A stretch of DNA of 64,000 nucleotides from Minisyncoccota bacterium (GTDB taxonomy: Bacteria > Patescibacteriota > Minisyncoccia > Phycocordibacterales > DATDSR01). Where the stretch lies: NCBI GenBank assembly GCA_036517655.1, contig DATDVE010000023.1, positions 1,358 to 65,357 of the forward strand, given 5' to 3'. A program made the position numbers and the translations under genes. Positions 29,359 through 39,947 of the stretch are shown piece after piece (positions within the stretch are counted from its first letter, which is position 1; the number at the start of each line of letters is the position of its first letter). Below the pieces are notes generated by a model. The model did no database searches. It was not told the DNA's origin and saw only the letters and a program-made list of their open reading frames with translations.

Positions 29359-30582
29359 CTATGGCAGGAATTGTTTCAAGAAGCCCATAAGACTGTTTTT
29401 CGTCTTCCTGGCCATGCGTATACCGAGCGATTCCTCCGGTGCGGCAGACATCCCGAGCACACATAGACCTAAGGCCGTTGACCACTCTGGTCCACGCGCC
29501 TTCTCCAATCGTTCTCTCATGCGCGCGATGTTTTTGCCTGAGGCTCCTTCGTCTGTGCCGACAGCTGTGAGTTCGTCAGGTATGCTGTTGCGCGCGATCT
29601 TCACCGGTAAGCCAAGTTGTCTCCTCCCAAGATTCTCGAGTCCCTTCGTGTGAGCACCTTCACCGGTGAAGACTACCCCGGCCGGCAGCAAGCCTGATCT
29701 TCCGATCTTCTTGAGGTGGGTGTCGATAAGTTCGAAAATATCACTTAACCTTGCTTCAGTGATCTCGCTCACGCGCTTCAGATTTTTCTTTTCTTGCTCA
29801 CCGTTTATTTTGATGCTCTCTGCCGCTTCGAGCGGGATGCGCAGTCCAAGGGCAATATCGTGGGTTATGTCTGTTGACCCCAGAGGGAAAACCTTGAGTG
29901 AAGTTGGCAGTCCGTCCTCTATAGTGAGCATTGATACTGTTTGCGCGCCGATATTGGCCACGAGTGTGCCGGCGTTCCTTGCGGTTGCTGTAGTTGTGAC
30001 CATACTCTCGGCAATAGGCGCGGCGTAGACTTCTTGGACTTCGACTCCGCTGTCCTCGACAGATTTTACAAGAGCGTCAAGATGTGGCGCTGCAGCTGTT
30101 ATGAAAGTCGTTTTCTGCTCCAGTTTGTTGCCGCTGTAGCCACCTGGTTTGCCCAGAATTTTCCGTCCGTCGACTTTGTATTCCGATGGTATAGCGTGAA
30201 GAATTCTTGTGTTGGGGCGCTCTCCTATACGGGCCTCCGCCTCCTGCAATAGTCTGTCTATGTCGAAGTCGCTCACTAGTGAATCTGCTCTTGAGATGGC
30301 CACTGTCCCAACATCAATCACAGTGCCCAAACCTACGCCACCTACAGAAACTATGGCACGCTTGATTCGCTCGCCTACGGTGCGCTCGGCCTCACGCAAG
30401 GCATTGCCAATACTTGCGGTTACCGCATCGGGATTCACAATGTACCCATTCTTGAGGCCATCTGATGGCACTTTAGCAAGAGCGCGCACGCTGAAGGTTC
30501 CGTCCTTCCTCGAGTATTCGCAAACAGCAACCCGAACATTAGAGCTCCCGACATCTATGCTCGCAATGATCTGTCCTCTCAT
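29359..30582 (-). CDS. ftsA: Cell division protein FtsA
   Basis: IDVGSS, IT.DIA.GL, GVVFTG; upstream of ftsZ. Confidence 0.92.
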   Translation of the reverse strand: MRGQIIASIDVGSSNVRVAVCEYSRKDGTFSVRALAKVPSDGLKNGYIVNPDAVTASIGNALREAERTVGERIKRAIVSVGGVGLGTVIDVGTVAISRADSLVSDFDIDRLLQEAEARIGERPNTRILHAIPSEYKVDGRKILGKPGGYSGNKLEQKTTFITAAAPHLDALVKSVEDSGVEVQEVYAAPIAESMVTTTATARNAGTLVANIGAQTVSMLTIEDGLPTSLKVFPLGSTDITHDIALGLRIPLEAAESIKINGEQEKKNLKRVSEITEARLSDIFELIDTHLKKIGRSGLLPAGVVFTGEGAHTKGLENLGRRQLGLPVKIARNSIPDELTAVGTDEGASGKNIARMRERLEKARGPEWSTALGLCVLGMSAAPEESLGIRMARKTKNSLMGFLKQFLP

Positions 30583-30594
30583 GCAGTAATTGTA

Positions 30595-30930
30595 TCAGAG
30601 ATCTGTCCCGAGTCCCCTGTGGATTTGTCTGGCAAGTTTCAGTTCCAGACTGTCCATTTTTTTGCCATGGTCTAAGCCGGAGAGATGGAGACACGAGTGG
30701 AGGAAAAGATAGGGTAGTGAGTACTTGCCTTTTCGTGAAGGGTTCAACAGAATCTCGCCGTCACTCTCTCCGAGTGGGTATGCGAGAGTGTTGTGTTTGC
30801 TTGTCTTGTCTGTGCAGATGACCAGTGACAATTCGTAGTCCTTGCCGAGCACTCTCTCTGCAATCTCCCCAAACAAAACAAGCTCTTGCTTTGAGAGTTT
30901 GCGCCGTGTCTTATTGGTTATCTCGAGCAT
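30595..30930 (-). CDS. ybeY: rRNA maturation RNase YbeY (minimal)
   Basis: HSCLHLSGLDH zinc motif. Confidence 0.8.
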   Translation of the reverse strand: MLEITNKTRRKLSKQELVLFGEIAERVLGKDYELSLVICTDKTSKHNTLAYPLGESDGEILLNPSRKGKYSLPYLFLHSCLHLSGLDHGKKMDSLELKLARQIHRGLGTDL

Positions 30931-30933
30931 CTC

Positions 30934-31182
30934 TTAAAACCTGCGCTTCTTGGGTACAGGGGCTTTGCCAAGTTTGATCAATTTCTGCATGACCTTGCGC
31001 TTCTCAATGCGCTTGAGTGCTGAACGTTTGCGTGAGAGTGAAGATTGAGAACGCACATGATAACGGCCACTACGGGCAAGGCGCAGGATGCCCGAGCCAG
31101 AAACGCGTTTGGAGAACTGGCGCAGAACCACGGATGGTCCCTGGCTCTTCTCGTTTGTTACTTGTATAACAGCTTTGCGCAT
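30934..31182 (-). CDS. Basic protein, probable ribosomal protein bS21-like
   Basis: LR.F.KRV..SGIL...R..RY pattern. Confidence 0.65.
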   Translation of the reverse strand: MRKAVIQVTNEKSQGPSVVLRQFSKRVSGSGILRLARSGRYHVRSQSSLSRKRSALKRIEKRKVMQKLIKLGKAPVPKKRRF

Positions 31183-31206
31183 GTGGGGAACATCCTGTCA
31201 CAGTCT

Positions 31207-32550
31207 CTACTTTTTTGCAACTGTCTTGATCTCCTTTATATATGTAGGCAAGTCCTTGAGCAAGACCGATTTCTGCGAGCGGGTCTCCATGTCACGCACT
31301 ATGACAGTGTTATCCAGGACCTCTCGCTGGCCCAATATCAGACAATAGGGGATGCCCAGTTTCTCGGCGGCCGATAGTTGCGAAGCCAGGCTATCCTTAG
31401 ATATAGAATGAGCGATCGGGATGCGAGCTTCACGCAAGATCTCTATAATTAGTACGCTCTTTAGTTTGGCATCGTAACCTAGCTGGATAAAGAATACCTT
31501 GGGCTTTTTGACGATTCTGGGCGCAAGTTTCTCCTTGGCCGCAAGAATTATGCGATCTACTCCGGGGGCGCAACCGACAGCGGGAATAGGCTTGTTGCTT
31601 CCCAATAATTTACCAAGATAGTCGTACCTGCCACCACCACCAAGAGCGAGTCCTGCCATTGGATCAGTTTCACCCTCCTTCTGCTTTTGGAAAATCTCAA
31701 AAACTGTGCGAGTGTAGTAATCTAACCCGCGAACAAGAGTGTGATCGATGGTGTACTCGATATTCATACCCTCGAGATATTCTAGGACCTCCTTGAAGTG
31801 GCGTTTGCAGGGCTCACATAGATAGGAGACAGAATCCGGCGCTCCCGATTTGATCTCGCGACACTGCTCTTCCTTGCAATCAAGCAAGCGCATCGGATTA
31901 GTTTTGAAACGCTCTACGCAGTCTACACAAACCTTGCCTAAATTCTTGCGATAGTAGTTAACTAGCTCGCGGCGATAATTTGGCCGGCAATCTTTATCAC
32001 CGATCGAGTTTAATTTAAGCTCGATTTCGTTTATGCCCGCCTCACCTAAGATAGAAATAAATACTTTTATTATAAGCGCATCATTGATAGCCTTTTCTGA
32101 ACCAAGAATTTCTAAATTAAACTGCCGCAATTCGCGATACCTGCCTCGCTGTGGCTTGTCGTGTCTGTACAAGTTGCCGAATGAATAGAGCATGACCGGT
32201 TGTGGCAGTGACTGCATGCCGTGTTCTAGGTATGCGCGCATTACTCCGGCGGTGAACTCTGGCCGCAAAGCTAGTCTATCGCCCCCTTTGGTGCGCAGTG
32301 TATAAAGTTCTTTGTCTACAATATCAGTGCCCTCGCCCACGCCCCTTATGAAGACTTCTTCTTGCTCAAGTATTGGAGTTTCGATGGGTGTGAAGCCGTA
32401 ATAGATCGCCACTTCGGCTGCTTTTTCGAAGAGTCCATGATAAGCATAAAACTCTTTGCCCAAAAGGTCGCGCATGCCCTTGGGCGACTGATACGGTCCT
32501 TCTAGGGACTTGCGTTCTGTTTTCTCTTTCTTTGTCTTCTTGGCCTGCAT
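31207..32550 (-). CDS. hisS: Histidyl-tRNA synthetase
   Basis: LRPEFTA, PQRGRYRE, LVRGLDYY, GGGRYD. Confidence 0.97.
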   Translation of the reverse strand: MQAKKTKKEKTERKSLEGPYQSPKGMRDLLGKEFYAYHGLFEKAAEVAIYYGFTPIETPILEQEEVFIRGVGEGTDIVDKELYTLRTKGGDRLALRPEFTAGVMRAYLEHGMQSLPQPVMLYSFGNLYRHDKPQRGRYRELRQFNLEILGSEKAINDALIIKVFISILGEAGINEIELKLNSIGDKDCRPNYRRELVNYYRKNLGKVCVDCVERFKTNPMRLLDCKEEQCREIKSGAPDSVSYLCEPCKRHFKEVLEYLEGMNIEYTIDHTLVRGLDYYTRTVFEIFQKQKEGETDPMAGLALGGGGRYDYLGKLLGSNKPIPAVGCAPGVDRIILAAKEKLAPRIVKKPKVFFIQLGYDAKLKSVLIIEILREARIPIAHSISKDSLASQLSAAEKLGIPYCLILGQREVLDNTVIVRDMETRSQKSVLLKDLPTYIKEIKTVAKK

Positions 32551-32562
32551 ATTGCTTATTTG

Positions 32563-33042
32563 TTACTCACTTAGGTAAGCATCTTTTTCTGCGAGACCTG
32601 GCAAGAAAGATAGTTCGCCAATCGGTAGGAGGCGAACTATGGGTCGGCCAATTACCAGATCCCGTTCAACCGGTCCCCAAACACGTGAGTCGGAACTTGC
32701 GTCGCGATTGTCGCCTTCGACAAAGTATTCGGTGGTTCCCAAAGTCTCGCCGTCCACTGTATCGCCGGGTAATCCTATAACGCGCTTAATGAAATATTTG
32801 GAAGGGTCCTTGGGATACTTGAAGATGATCACTTCGCCGCGTTTAGGATCGCGAAAATGGAATGTAAGTTCGTCTACGATCAAGTAGTCACCACTTTCAA
32901 AGGTAGGGGACATCGATGCGCCATTGACTATAAACGGTTGAGCTACGAAGAGTCTGATCGGCAGAACAATCAAGAGTGTAACAGCAATGAAAGGCAAAAA
33001 ATCACTTTTCGGTTTCCTTTCGATGTTCACTTCTTCCTCCAT
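32563..33042 (-). CDS. lepB: Signal peptidase I
   Basis: SMSPTF, IKRVIGLPGD, GDNR..S.DSR. Confidence 0.93.
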   Translation of the reverse strand: MEEEVNIERKPKSDFLPFIAVTLLIVLPIRLFVAQPFIVNGASMSPTFESGDYLIVDELTFHFRDPKRGEVIIFKYPKDPSKYFIKRVIGLPGDTVDGETLGTTEYFVEGDNRDASSDSRVWGPVERDLVIGRPIVRLLPIGELSFLPGLAEKDAYLSE

Positions 33043-33077
33043 GGCGACCCATTATAGCACATGTTACAATCTGGTCC

Positions 33078-33581
33078 ATGGCATATATTATCGTTGGGTT
33101 AGGTAATCCAGGAGTTGAGTACGAAAATACGCGTCACAATACAGGCAGAATCATTGCCGAGAAGTTGGGCTATCGCGTGCTCGATGACTACATGAACAAT
33201 TCCGGCAAATTAGTTGCTAAGTTAATTAAATCAAAAAAAGATATTGCAAAGCTTGTTGTGATACATGATGATTTAGATATCCCCATAGGCAAGTTCAAGA
33301 TCTCATTTAATAAGAGTGCCGGGGGTCATAGGGGAGTAAGCTCTGTTGTTCGGGCTATCAAGTCACAAGAATTCACACGAATCAGAGTTGGTATTTCGCC
33401 CAGCACTCCATCGGGGAAATTAAAGAAGCCAATGGGGGAGAAAAAAGTGCTTGAGTTTATTTTGGGCAAGTTCAAACCCAAAGAGCTTGAAGTTCTGAAA
33501 AAATTGACAAAAAAAATTGGCGAAGCAGTCTCGCTAATAGAATCGGGCGATATAGCAATCGCCCAAAACAAATTTAACTAG
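33078..33581 (+). CDS. pth: Peptidyl-tRNA hydrolase
   Basis: VGLGNPG, TRHN.G, YMN.SG, HDDLD, GGH.G. Confidence 0.95.
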   Translation: MAYIIVGLGNPGVEYENTRHNTGRIIAEKLGYRVLDDYMNNSGKLVAKLIKSKKDIAKLVVIHDDLDIPIGKFKISFNKSAGGHRGVSSVVRAIKSQEFTRIRVGISPSTPSGKLKKPMGEKKVLEFILGKFKPKELEVLKKLTKKIGEAVSLIESGDIAIAQNKFN

Positions 33582-34686
33582 TCTTCTTCTTGAACGAGAG
33601 CGTCATGCGAGCAGTGGTAGGCTCGAAGAGAGTGATTTCGAAAGGATATTTCTTGCCTAGTTCAAGCGTAGCTCGCAGATGTTCCTCACTGTCGAACTCG
33701 CTGATATGCACGAGCCCTGCTACGCCTTCCTCTATCGAGACTAACGCGCCGTGCTTGTTGTACTTGATAACCACACCATCCACGATGTCGCCTTTCTTGA
33801 ATCGTGAGGCAGCCTCTACCCAGGGGTTGGGTTTGAGAGCCTTGATAGATAGCGAAATCTTGCCGTCCTTGATCTCGATCACTTTGACTTTGAGTTTCGT
33901 TCCTGGTTTGTAAATCGCGCGGGGATTCTCGACTAGCGCCCAGTCAATTTCCGATATATGCACAAGTCCTTCAAGTCCTTCTTCGATCTTGATGAAAATG
34001 CCAAAGTCTACGGCACCAGTCACCTCACCATCAATAACATCTCCAACTTGATAACGGTCGAGGATTTCTTTCTTGTCCGGATCGCTTGATCCCTTCTCGG
34101 AGAAAATGAGTTTACCTTCCTTTGGGTCAGCTGTGATTATGCAAACGCCAATTTTGTTGCCAACCAATTTCTTAAGTTCTTTGTAAATAAGCTCTTTATC
34201 GCCATCAGCAACACGAGGATAATGATCTGGCTTGAGTTGCGAGGCGGGCAAGAATCCAGCAATGCCTTGCCACTCGAGGATAAGGCCTCCCTTGTTGGCA
34301 TCTTTGACTAGCACCTCGAACATCGTTTGCTTGGCTATAGCCTCTTCGGCCTCGGTCCAGAGAAGTGCTTGTCTTGCTTCCTTGAGCGAGAGTTCTACGT
34401 AGCCGTCTTCGTTGTCAGTCTCGACTACTTTGGCCGTGATGAGGTCGCCAATATTTGTCTTTTTTAATACATCTCGCGCGTTCAAATATTCGCGACCATA
34501 AATTATGCCAGTTCCAAAAGGCGGCAAGTCTATATAAACAGCCATTTTGTCCTTGCCGATAACCCGTCCCTCTACAAGACTCTCTACAACCGGTAGGGTA
34601 GGGCTACCCTTCAATATTAACGACATTAGAGAGTTACTCTCGTCTGCAATTTGGGCCTCCGTATCCTTATCCATCAACATATCCAT
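33574..34686 (-). CDS. rpsA: Ribosomal protein S1
   Basis: Four S1 domains (GLVHISE). Confidence 0.9.
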   Translation of the reverse strand: MDMLMDKDTEAQIADESNSLMSLILKGSPTLPVVESLVEGRVIGKDKMAVYIDLPPFGTGIIYGREYLNARDVLKKTNIGDLITAKVVETDNEDGYVELSLKEARQALLWTEAEEAIAKQTMFEVLVKDANKGGLILEWQGIAGFLPASQLKPDHYPRVADGDKELIYKELKKLVGNKIGVCIITADPKEGKLIFSEKGSSDPDKKEILDRYQVGDVIDGEVTGAVDFGIFIKIEEGLEGLVHISEIDWALVENPRAIYKPGTKLKVKVIEIKDGKISLSIKALKPNPWVEAASRFKKGDIVDGVVIKYNKHGALVSIEEGVAGLVHISEFDSEEHLRATLELGKKYPFEITLFEPTTARMTLSFKKKTS

Positions 34687-34736
34687 AAGTCAGGGAATCT
34701 TACCAGACCCTCTTCCGTCTTGCAATCCCGCAGCTT

Positions 34737-34765
34737 AGAACTTAGGACCCGGAGTCCTAAGTTCT
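34737..34765. repeat. REP-like palindrome downstream of RAYT-1
   Basis: agaacttaggac-ccgga-gtcctaagttct. Confidence 0.85.
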
Positions 34766-35412
34766 TACTCTTCATTAAATAATTCTTGAAGTTCTTTGTA
34801 CGATGCCCTTTTTTCGATCATGAATGGAAGATTGTCTAAGCAAAAATTTTCAAACTCTCTATTTTTCGTGAATTGTTCGAGCAAAATATCCTTCTTACAC
34901 AACCCTCGTGCATTTTGCGTATATTCATTCCAACTTGAACGGACAAGCTTGTTACTCTCTTCATTAAGTTGGTGAACACGGTTGTTCAGATTTACATATG
35001 CAGCTGAATGGAGAAAGTAATCGTTATCAGAAATGTGTTTTGACTTGAATCTCCCTGGGAAAAGAGTCCCAGAACGTTTGTGCCGATTATTGAAATATTT
35101 AACGTATCCACCTATTTGTTTGTTCATGAACAAACTGATGCCGCCCTCAACTATTTCCTCTAAAATAAAGTGGAAGTGGTTAGGGTTAAGGCAATAACAA
35201 ATAATGTTAACTAATGGAGAGACATCGTCCCTTTTATTGCCCGCAAAAGAGTTCGAGTAAATGCTCTCGATAGGTTCTATCGTATTGAATTCTGCCAATC
35301 CTTGCACGAACCTGTCAGAGTCTTTACTATCAATTACAATATTCCGTTTATCTACACCACGATTATAAATGTGATAGAACTCTCCAACAGCAAAAGCTTC
35401 TTTCCTAACCAT
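34765..35412 (-). mobile_element. REP-associated tyrosine (HUH Y1) transposase, RAYT-1
   Basis: YHIYNRG, YCLNPNHFH (HUH), YFN...R.G.LF..RF, YVNLN, SSW. Confidence 0.9.
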
Positions 35413-35424
35413 ATTCGTATTATA

Positions 35425-35447
35425 ACTTAGGACTCCGGGTCCTAAGT
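35425..35447. repeat. REP-like palindrome upstream of RAYT-1
   Basis: acttaggac-tccgg-gtcctaagt, inverted relative to the 34737 copy. Confidence 0.85.
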
Positions 35448-35532
35448 AAGGAGTTGTGGATAAAAGAAAGGCCGGGACGCTCTCGCACTCCCAGCCTTGA
35501 CTTTCGCTTTCCCCGGCCGTGATGTGGCCGCT

Positions 35533-35733
35533 TCACTTTTTGTTGCCGTTGATCTTGTCGAGCTCGTCTGCGATCCATCGGAGCTCCCCGGCGGTGAGGT
35601 AGGTCATACCTATATTGAACTTGCCTTTGTACACGCCTGCCACGTCGATGGTTCCGGCGGTGATTGTGGGGCCGCTGCGCTCGTAGTAGTAAACGATTTT
35701 CCAGCCCGATTTCCTGCCTTGGATCTCAATCAT
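35533..35733 (-). CDS. Hypothetical protein
   Basis: GGAGGG SD; downstream hairpin ~35468..35498. Confidence 0.6.
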   Translation of the reverse strand: MIEIQGRKSGWKIVYYYERSGPTITAGTIDVAGVYKGKFNIGMTYLTAGELRWIADELDKINGNKK

Positions 35734-35800
35734 GATGTGTGCCCTCCGGAATTAAGCTAGCATAATGCTCCGCAAAATGCTATAATATACTCATACAATC

Positions 35801-36277
35801 ATGGTTATACAGTATTTTGGGCAGGGGGAGGTTAAGGTGAGTCAAGGGGATTGGAACCTTAGCTTTTCGGCTGGCAAGTTGCGGATTGGTGGGCGAGATG
35901 GTTTTGAGATTGTTGGCCCGGGCGAGTACGAAGTAAATGGCACTTTCGTCCGCGCTGTGCCAACTGATGGCCCTGATAACAAAATTAACACTGCTTATTC
36001 TGTTTTATTTGATGATATTAGGTTAGTGCACTTGGGAGAGTCTCTCGGTGCGATTAAAGCCGAGGCTAAAGAAGTTTTGTCAGATGCAGATATTTTATTT
36101 AGCCCCAGTTCTGACTATGCCACTACGCTTGATCCCAAGATTATAATTCCAATGTATGAAGCCAAAGGCAAAGATTTGCCTAAGCCGGTTGATAAATTAG
36201 TTGTGAAGCGTAAAGATCTTGAGGGCAAGGAAGGAGAAGTAGTTCCGATAATTTCCCTGCCTGCGGCAGGCAGGTAA
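35801..36277 (+). CDS. Degenerate MBL-fold protein
   Basis: GPGEYEV.G, HLG, PKIIIPM; lacks the HxHxDH motif. Confidence 0.7.
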   Translation: MVIQYFGQGEVKVSQGDWNLSFSAGKLRIGGRDGFEIVGPGEYEVNGTFVRAVPTDGPDNKINTAYSVLFDDIRLVHLGESLGAIKAEAKEVLSDADILFSPSSDYATTLDPKIIIPMYEAKGKDLPKPVDKLVVKRKDLEGKEGEVVPIISLPAAGR

Positions 36278-36308
36278 TTGACCTAATTACTAATTTCTAA
36301 AACTTATC

Positions 36309-36506
36309 ATGGACTTTTTAGAAAAATTACGATCTAAGCCGGAGCCAGTAAGGAGGGCGATTGCCTTTTGGGCGGCAGCCATCTTTAGCTTTATCATCTT
36401 CACAATTTGGGTTGTGAATTTGGGCACGAATCTTGCAGGCAAAAATAGTCAGATCGCCTCGCCCTTCGAGACAATAAAGAACGATCTAAGTAACTTGGGC
36501 GAGTAA
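36309..36506 (+). CDS. Small membrane protein
   Basis: LEKLR.KPE..R plus TM plus SPF. Confidence 0.7.
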   Translation: MDFLEKLRSKPEPVRRAIAFWAAAIFSFIIFTIWVVNLGTNLAGKNSQIASPFETIKNDLSNLGE

Positions 36507-36508
36507 TT

Positions 36509-38977
36509 ATGGCATCGAAGAAATCAGAAGAGAAAGGTTTGCCTGCTGCCCACGCTAACGTCGTGGCTACTCCCATTGTGGGCGAGATGCGCACTTCATA
36601 TTTGACCTACGCTATGAGCGTGATTGTTTCGCGCGCATTACCAGATGTGCGCGACGGTCTCAAGCCTGTGCACAGGCGCATTCTGTACGCCATGCACGAA
36701 GACGGGCGCGTACACAGTGCACGGTTTACGAAATCTGCCGGAGTGGTGGGCGATGTACTCAAGAAGTATCATCCACACGGCGACATGGCCGTCTACGACT
36801 CGATCGTGAAGATGACTCAAGATTTTTCTAGTCGTTATCCACTCATTCAGGGCCAGGGAAATTTCGGTTCGATTGATGGCGATAGCGCGGCCGCCTACAG
36901 ATATACAGAAGTGCGCATGTCGGCTCTTGCATCAGAAGTTTTGCGCGACATTGATAAAGAGACTGTTGACTTTACCCCCAGTTATGACGCCACACGCAAA
37001 GAACCCCTTGTTCTGCCATCGCGCGTGCCCATGCTCTTATTAAATGGAACATTGGGTATTGCCGTCGGCATGGCTACCAAAGTGCCGCCGCACAACTTAC
37101 GCGAAGTGATGCAGGCTCTCATACACTTAGCAGACAATCCAGAGGCAACGAATGAAGATTTACTTGAATTTGTGCAGGGGCCGGACTTCCCAACGGGCGG
37201 TATTATTTTCAACAAAAAAGATATTGCTCACGCTTACTCATCTGGCCGCGGGGGCGTGCTTGTTCGTGGTGAAGCAGAAATAATAGAAGACAAAAACTCC
37301 CAAATAGTAATTACCTCCATCCCATATCAAGTCAACAAGGCGGAGCTAATAATCAAGATGGCTGACCTTGTGCATGAGAAAAAGATTGAGGGAGTGAAAG
37401 ATATTCGTGATGAGTCGACAACACTCGATGATCTTAGAATTGCAATTGATCTCAAACATGGCAGTTTCCCACAGAAAGTGCTCAATGCGCTCTACAAACA
37501 CACAGACCTGGAAACAATGTTTCATTTTAACACGCTGGCATTGGTAGATGGCGTGCCAGAGACTTTGTCACTGAAAAGAATTTTGGAGGAATTTCTGGGT
37601 CATAGAAAGGTTGTAGTCAAACGTCGCACGCAATTTGATCTCACCAAGGCCAAAGATCGCGCGCATATATTGGAAGGCCTCAAGAAAGCGCTTGATCACA
37701 TAGATGAAATTATCAAGCTAATTAAGAAGTCAGCCGATGTGCCAACTGCCCGCGAGGGGCTAGTGAAGCAATTCAAGTTTAGCGAGCTTCAGGCAAACGC
37801 GATACTTGAAATGAAGCTCTCTAAACTCGCCGGTCTCGAACGCAAGAAGATAGAAGATGAGCTTAAAGAAATGCTGGCCCTGATTGCAGAACTTGAAAGC
37901 ATACTTAAGAGCGCGGCCAAAATGCTTACTCTGATCAAGAAGGAGTCGCAGGAAATAATAGATAAATTTGGCGATGACAGGCGCACGAAAGTTGTGAAGG
38001 GTGGGGCCAAAGAGATTAGCACGGAAGATATGATCCCCGACGAAGATAGCATGCTCGTGCTCACGCGCGGCGGTTATATTAAGCGCACGCGCCCAGAAGA
38101 GTACAAACGTCAGAAGAGAGGCGGCGTGGGCGTGGTGGATCTTGATACTAAAGAAGAGGACTTTATCACGGTCTTGCTTAGCGCCCGCACTCATTCTGAT
38201 CTCTTGTTCTTCACAGATCGGGGCAAAGTGTATCAACTCAAAATGTATGATATTCCCGAAGGCAAACGGGCAACCAAAGGTAAGAGCATAATGAACTTCT
38301 TATCTCTAAGTGAGGGAGAGAAAGTGACTAGCGTTTTGCCACTACCTAAAGAAGCGAAAGCGCGCGAAAAGTTTGAACTGATGATGATCACTAAACGTGC
38401 CGTGGGCAAGAAAGTTGAAGCAGACAGATTCTTCGACGTGCGCAGATCCGGCATTATTGCGATCACTCTAGATAAAGGAGACGAACTCCTAGGCGTGTTC
38501 CCGGTTGAGAAGGGGGATAGTGTCGTGCTCGCGTCCAGAGGCGGCCAAGCAATTAGGTTTAAAGAGAGTGATATAAGAGCGATGGGTCGAGCCGCAGGCG
38601 GCGTGCGAGCCATGAAGCTAAAGTCCGGCGATGAGATCGTGGGCGCAGACTTGGTGGAGAAAGAAAAAGAGAGTGAGCTCACGCTCTTTGTGATGAGCGA
38701 TAACGGCCTGGGCAAGAAAACTAAAATCAAGGAGTACAAGATTCAGAAGCGCGGCGGTTCTGGCGTCAAGACTGCCAAAGTGACTGCCAAAACTGGCAAG
38801 CTAATAGTGGCTAAAGTCTTATTTGGCGCTGAAGAAGAACTTGTGGCCATGTCTAAGATGGGCCAAGTAATCAGAGTGGAAGGCAAAGAAGTGCCAACCT
38901 TAGGCCGTCAGACTCAAGGCGTAAGAATCATGAAGCTCCGCCCTGGGGACAATATCGCTTCGGTAGAACGCCTATGA
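36509..38977 (+). CDS. gyrA: DNA gyrase subunit A
   Basis: [23 protein letters not shown], GyrA-box QKRGGVG. Confidence 0.97.
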   Translation: MASKKSEEKGLPAAHANVVATPIVGEMRTSYLTYAMSVIVSRALPDVRDGLKPVHRRILYAMHEDGRVHSARFTKSAGVVGDVLKKYHPHGDMAVYDSIVKMTQDFSSRYPLIQGQGNFGSIDGDSAAAYRYTEVRMSALASEVLRDIDKETVDFTPSYDATRKEPLVLPSRVPMLLLNGTLGIAVGMATKVPPHNLREVMQALIHLADNPEATNEDLLEFVQGPDFPTGGIIFNKKDIAHAYSSGRGGVLVRGEAEIIEDKNSQIVITSIPYQVNKAELIIKMADLVHEKKIEGVKDIRDESTTLDDLRIAIDLKHGSFPQKVLNALYKHTDLETMFHFNTLALVDGVPETLSLKRILEEFLGHRKVVVKRRTQFDLTKAKDRAHILEGLKKALDHIDEIIKLIKKSADVPTAREGLVKQFKFSELQANAILEMKLSKLAGLERKKIEDELKEMLALIAELESILKSAAKMLTLIKKESQEIIDKFGDDRRTKVVKGGAKEISTEDMIPDEDSMLVLTRGGYIKRTRPEEYKRQKRGGVGVVDLDTKEEDFITVLLSARTHSDLLFFTDRGKVYQLKMYDIPEGKRATKGKSIMNFLSLSEGEKVTSVLPLPKEAKAREKFELMMITKRAVGKKVEADRFFDVRRSGIIAITLDKGDELLGVFPVEKGDSVVLASRGGQAIRFKESDIRAMGRAAGGVRAMKLKSGDEIVGADLVEKEKESELTLFVMSDNGLGKKTKIKEYKIQKRGGSGVKTAKVTAKTGKLIVAKVLFGAEEELVAMSKMGQVIRVEGKEVPTLGRQTQGVRIMKLRPGDNIASVERL

Positions 38978-39177
38978 TGACTCCTTACACACCCAAAAGA
39001 CTAGTACGCTGGTTAAGAGATTTTCTCAATTGGATTGATAGTACTAGAGAAAAAGCGGAAAGAAAAGGAGTTATTACAGATCTATTAGCAAATACACTCC
39101 TATTACTAAGCGAGTTGTTTGTTATTTTCGTTTTCCTTGTCGGGGCGGTATTCTTATTTCTTAATTTCTTTGACTGA
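38974..39177 (+). CDS. Small hypothetical membrane protein
   Basis: Overlaps the gyrA stop; C-terminal TM. Confidence 0.45.
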   Translation: MMTPYTPKRLVRWLRDFLNWIDSTREKAERKGVITDLLANTLLLLSELFVIFVFLVGAVFLFLNFFD

Positions 39178-39180
39178 TTT

Positions 39181-39205
39181 CACTTAGCGCCCAGGGCGCT
39201 AAGTG
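39181..39205. repeat. REP-like palindrome downstream of RAYT-2
   Basis: cacttagcgccc-a-gggcgctaagtg. Confidence 0.9.
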
Positions 39206-39207
39206 TT

Positions 39208-39855
39208 TTATTCATTCATCAAAATTTCCTTCAATTCAGCGTAGTCATCTCTTTTACGTATCATCTCGGTAAGTGCATCAAGTGCGAAGATCCTATAGTC
39301 ATCTTTTGAATCAAACTGTTCAAGCACTATTTCCTTTGCGCAAATACCTTGAATATTTGTCGTATATTCTAACCAACTCGATCTCACCAACTCAGCGCCC
39401 TGGGCGCTAAGTTGGTGGACTCGGTCGTTTAGGTTTACATAGGCGCTTCCATGAACCAAATGTTCATTCGTTGTTATGTGCTTGGCCCTGAACGGCCCCT
39501 GGAAAAGTGGCCCGCTACGTTTATTTTTCTTGTTAAAGTACCAGGAATATCCTCCCATCACTTTCATCATAAATTTACTGATACCGTGATCCGCGATTTG
39601 CTTTAAAATAAGATGAAAATGGTTTGGGTTGATGCAATAAGCAATTATCTCAACAAGAGGGTCACTCTTCTTAATTTTGTTCTGATTAGAAAAATTTAAT
39701 TCGTAAAGACCACCTTCTGGCTCGACCTGGTTGAATATATCGATGCACGTTACCAATCTTTCCGAATTTTCGGGTGTCATAACGATTTGCCTTTTGTCTA
39801 CACCTCTATTAAAGACATGATAAATTTCACCAGGAGCCAAGTTTTGTTTTCTCAT
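39208..39855 (-). mobile_element. REP-associated tyrosine (HUH Y1) transposase, RAYT-2
   Basis: YHVFNRG, YCINPNHFH, YFN..R.G.LFQG.F, YVNLN, SSW; start at MRKQ by alignment with RAYT-1. Confidence 0.9.
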
Positions 39856-39868
39856 GTGCGAATGATAA

Positions 39869-39893
39869 CACTTAGCGCCCAGGGCGCTAAGTG
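39869..39893. repeat. REP-like palindrome upstream of RAYT-2
   Basis: Identical 25-mer to 39181..39205. Confidence 0.9.
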
Positions 39894-39947
39894 GGACGTG
39901 GGGATAGAGAGGGCGGTGTTTTCTAGTGATCTGATACAATATAGGGG

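Noticed and set aside
28163-30589. Long antisense ORFs over ftsZ/ftsA (similarly over infB, clpB and the pilins)
   Set aside because: Shadow frames of conserved genes with no motifs of their own
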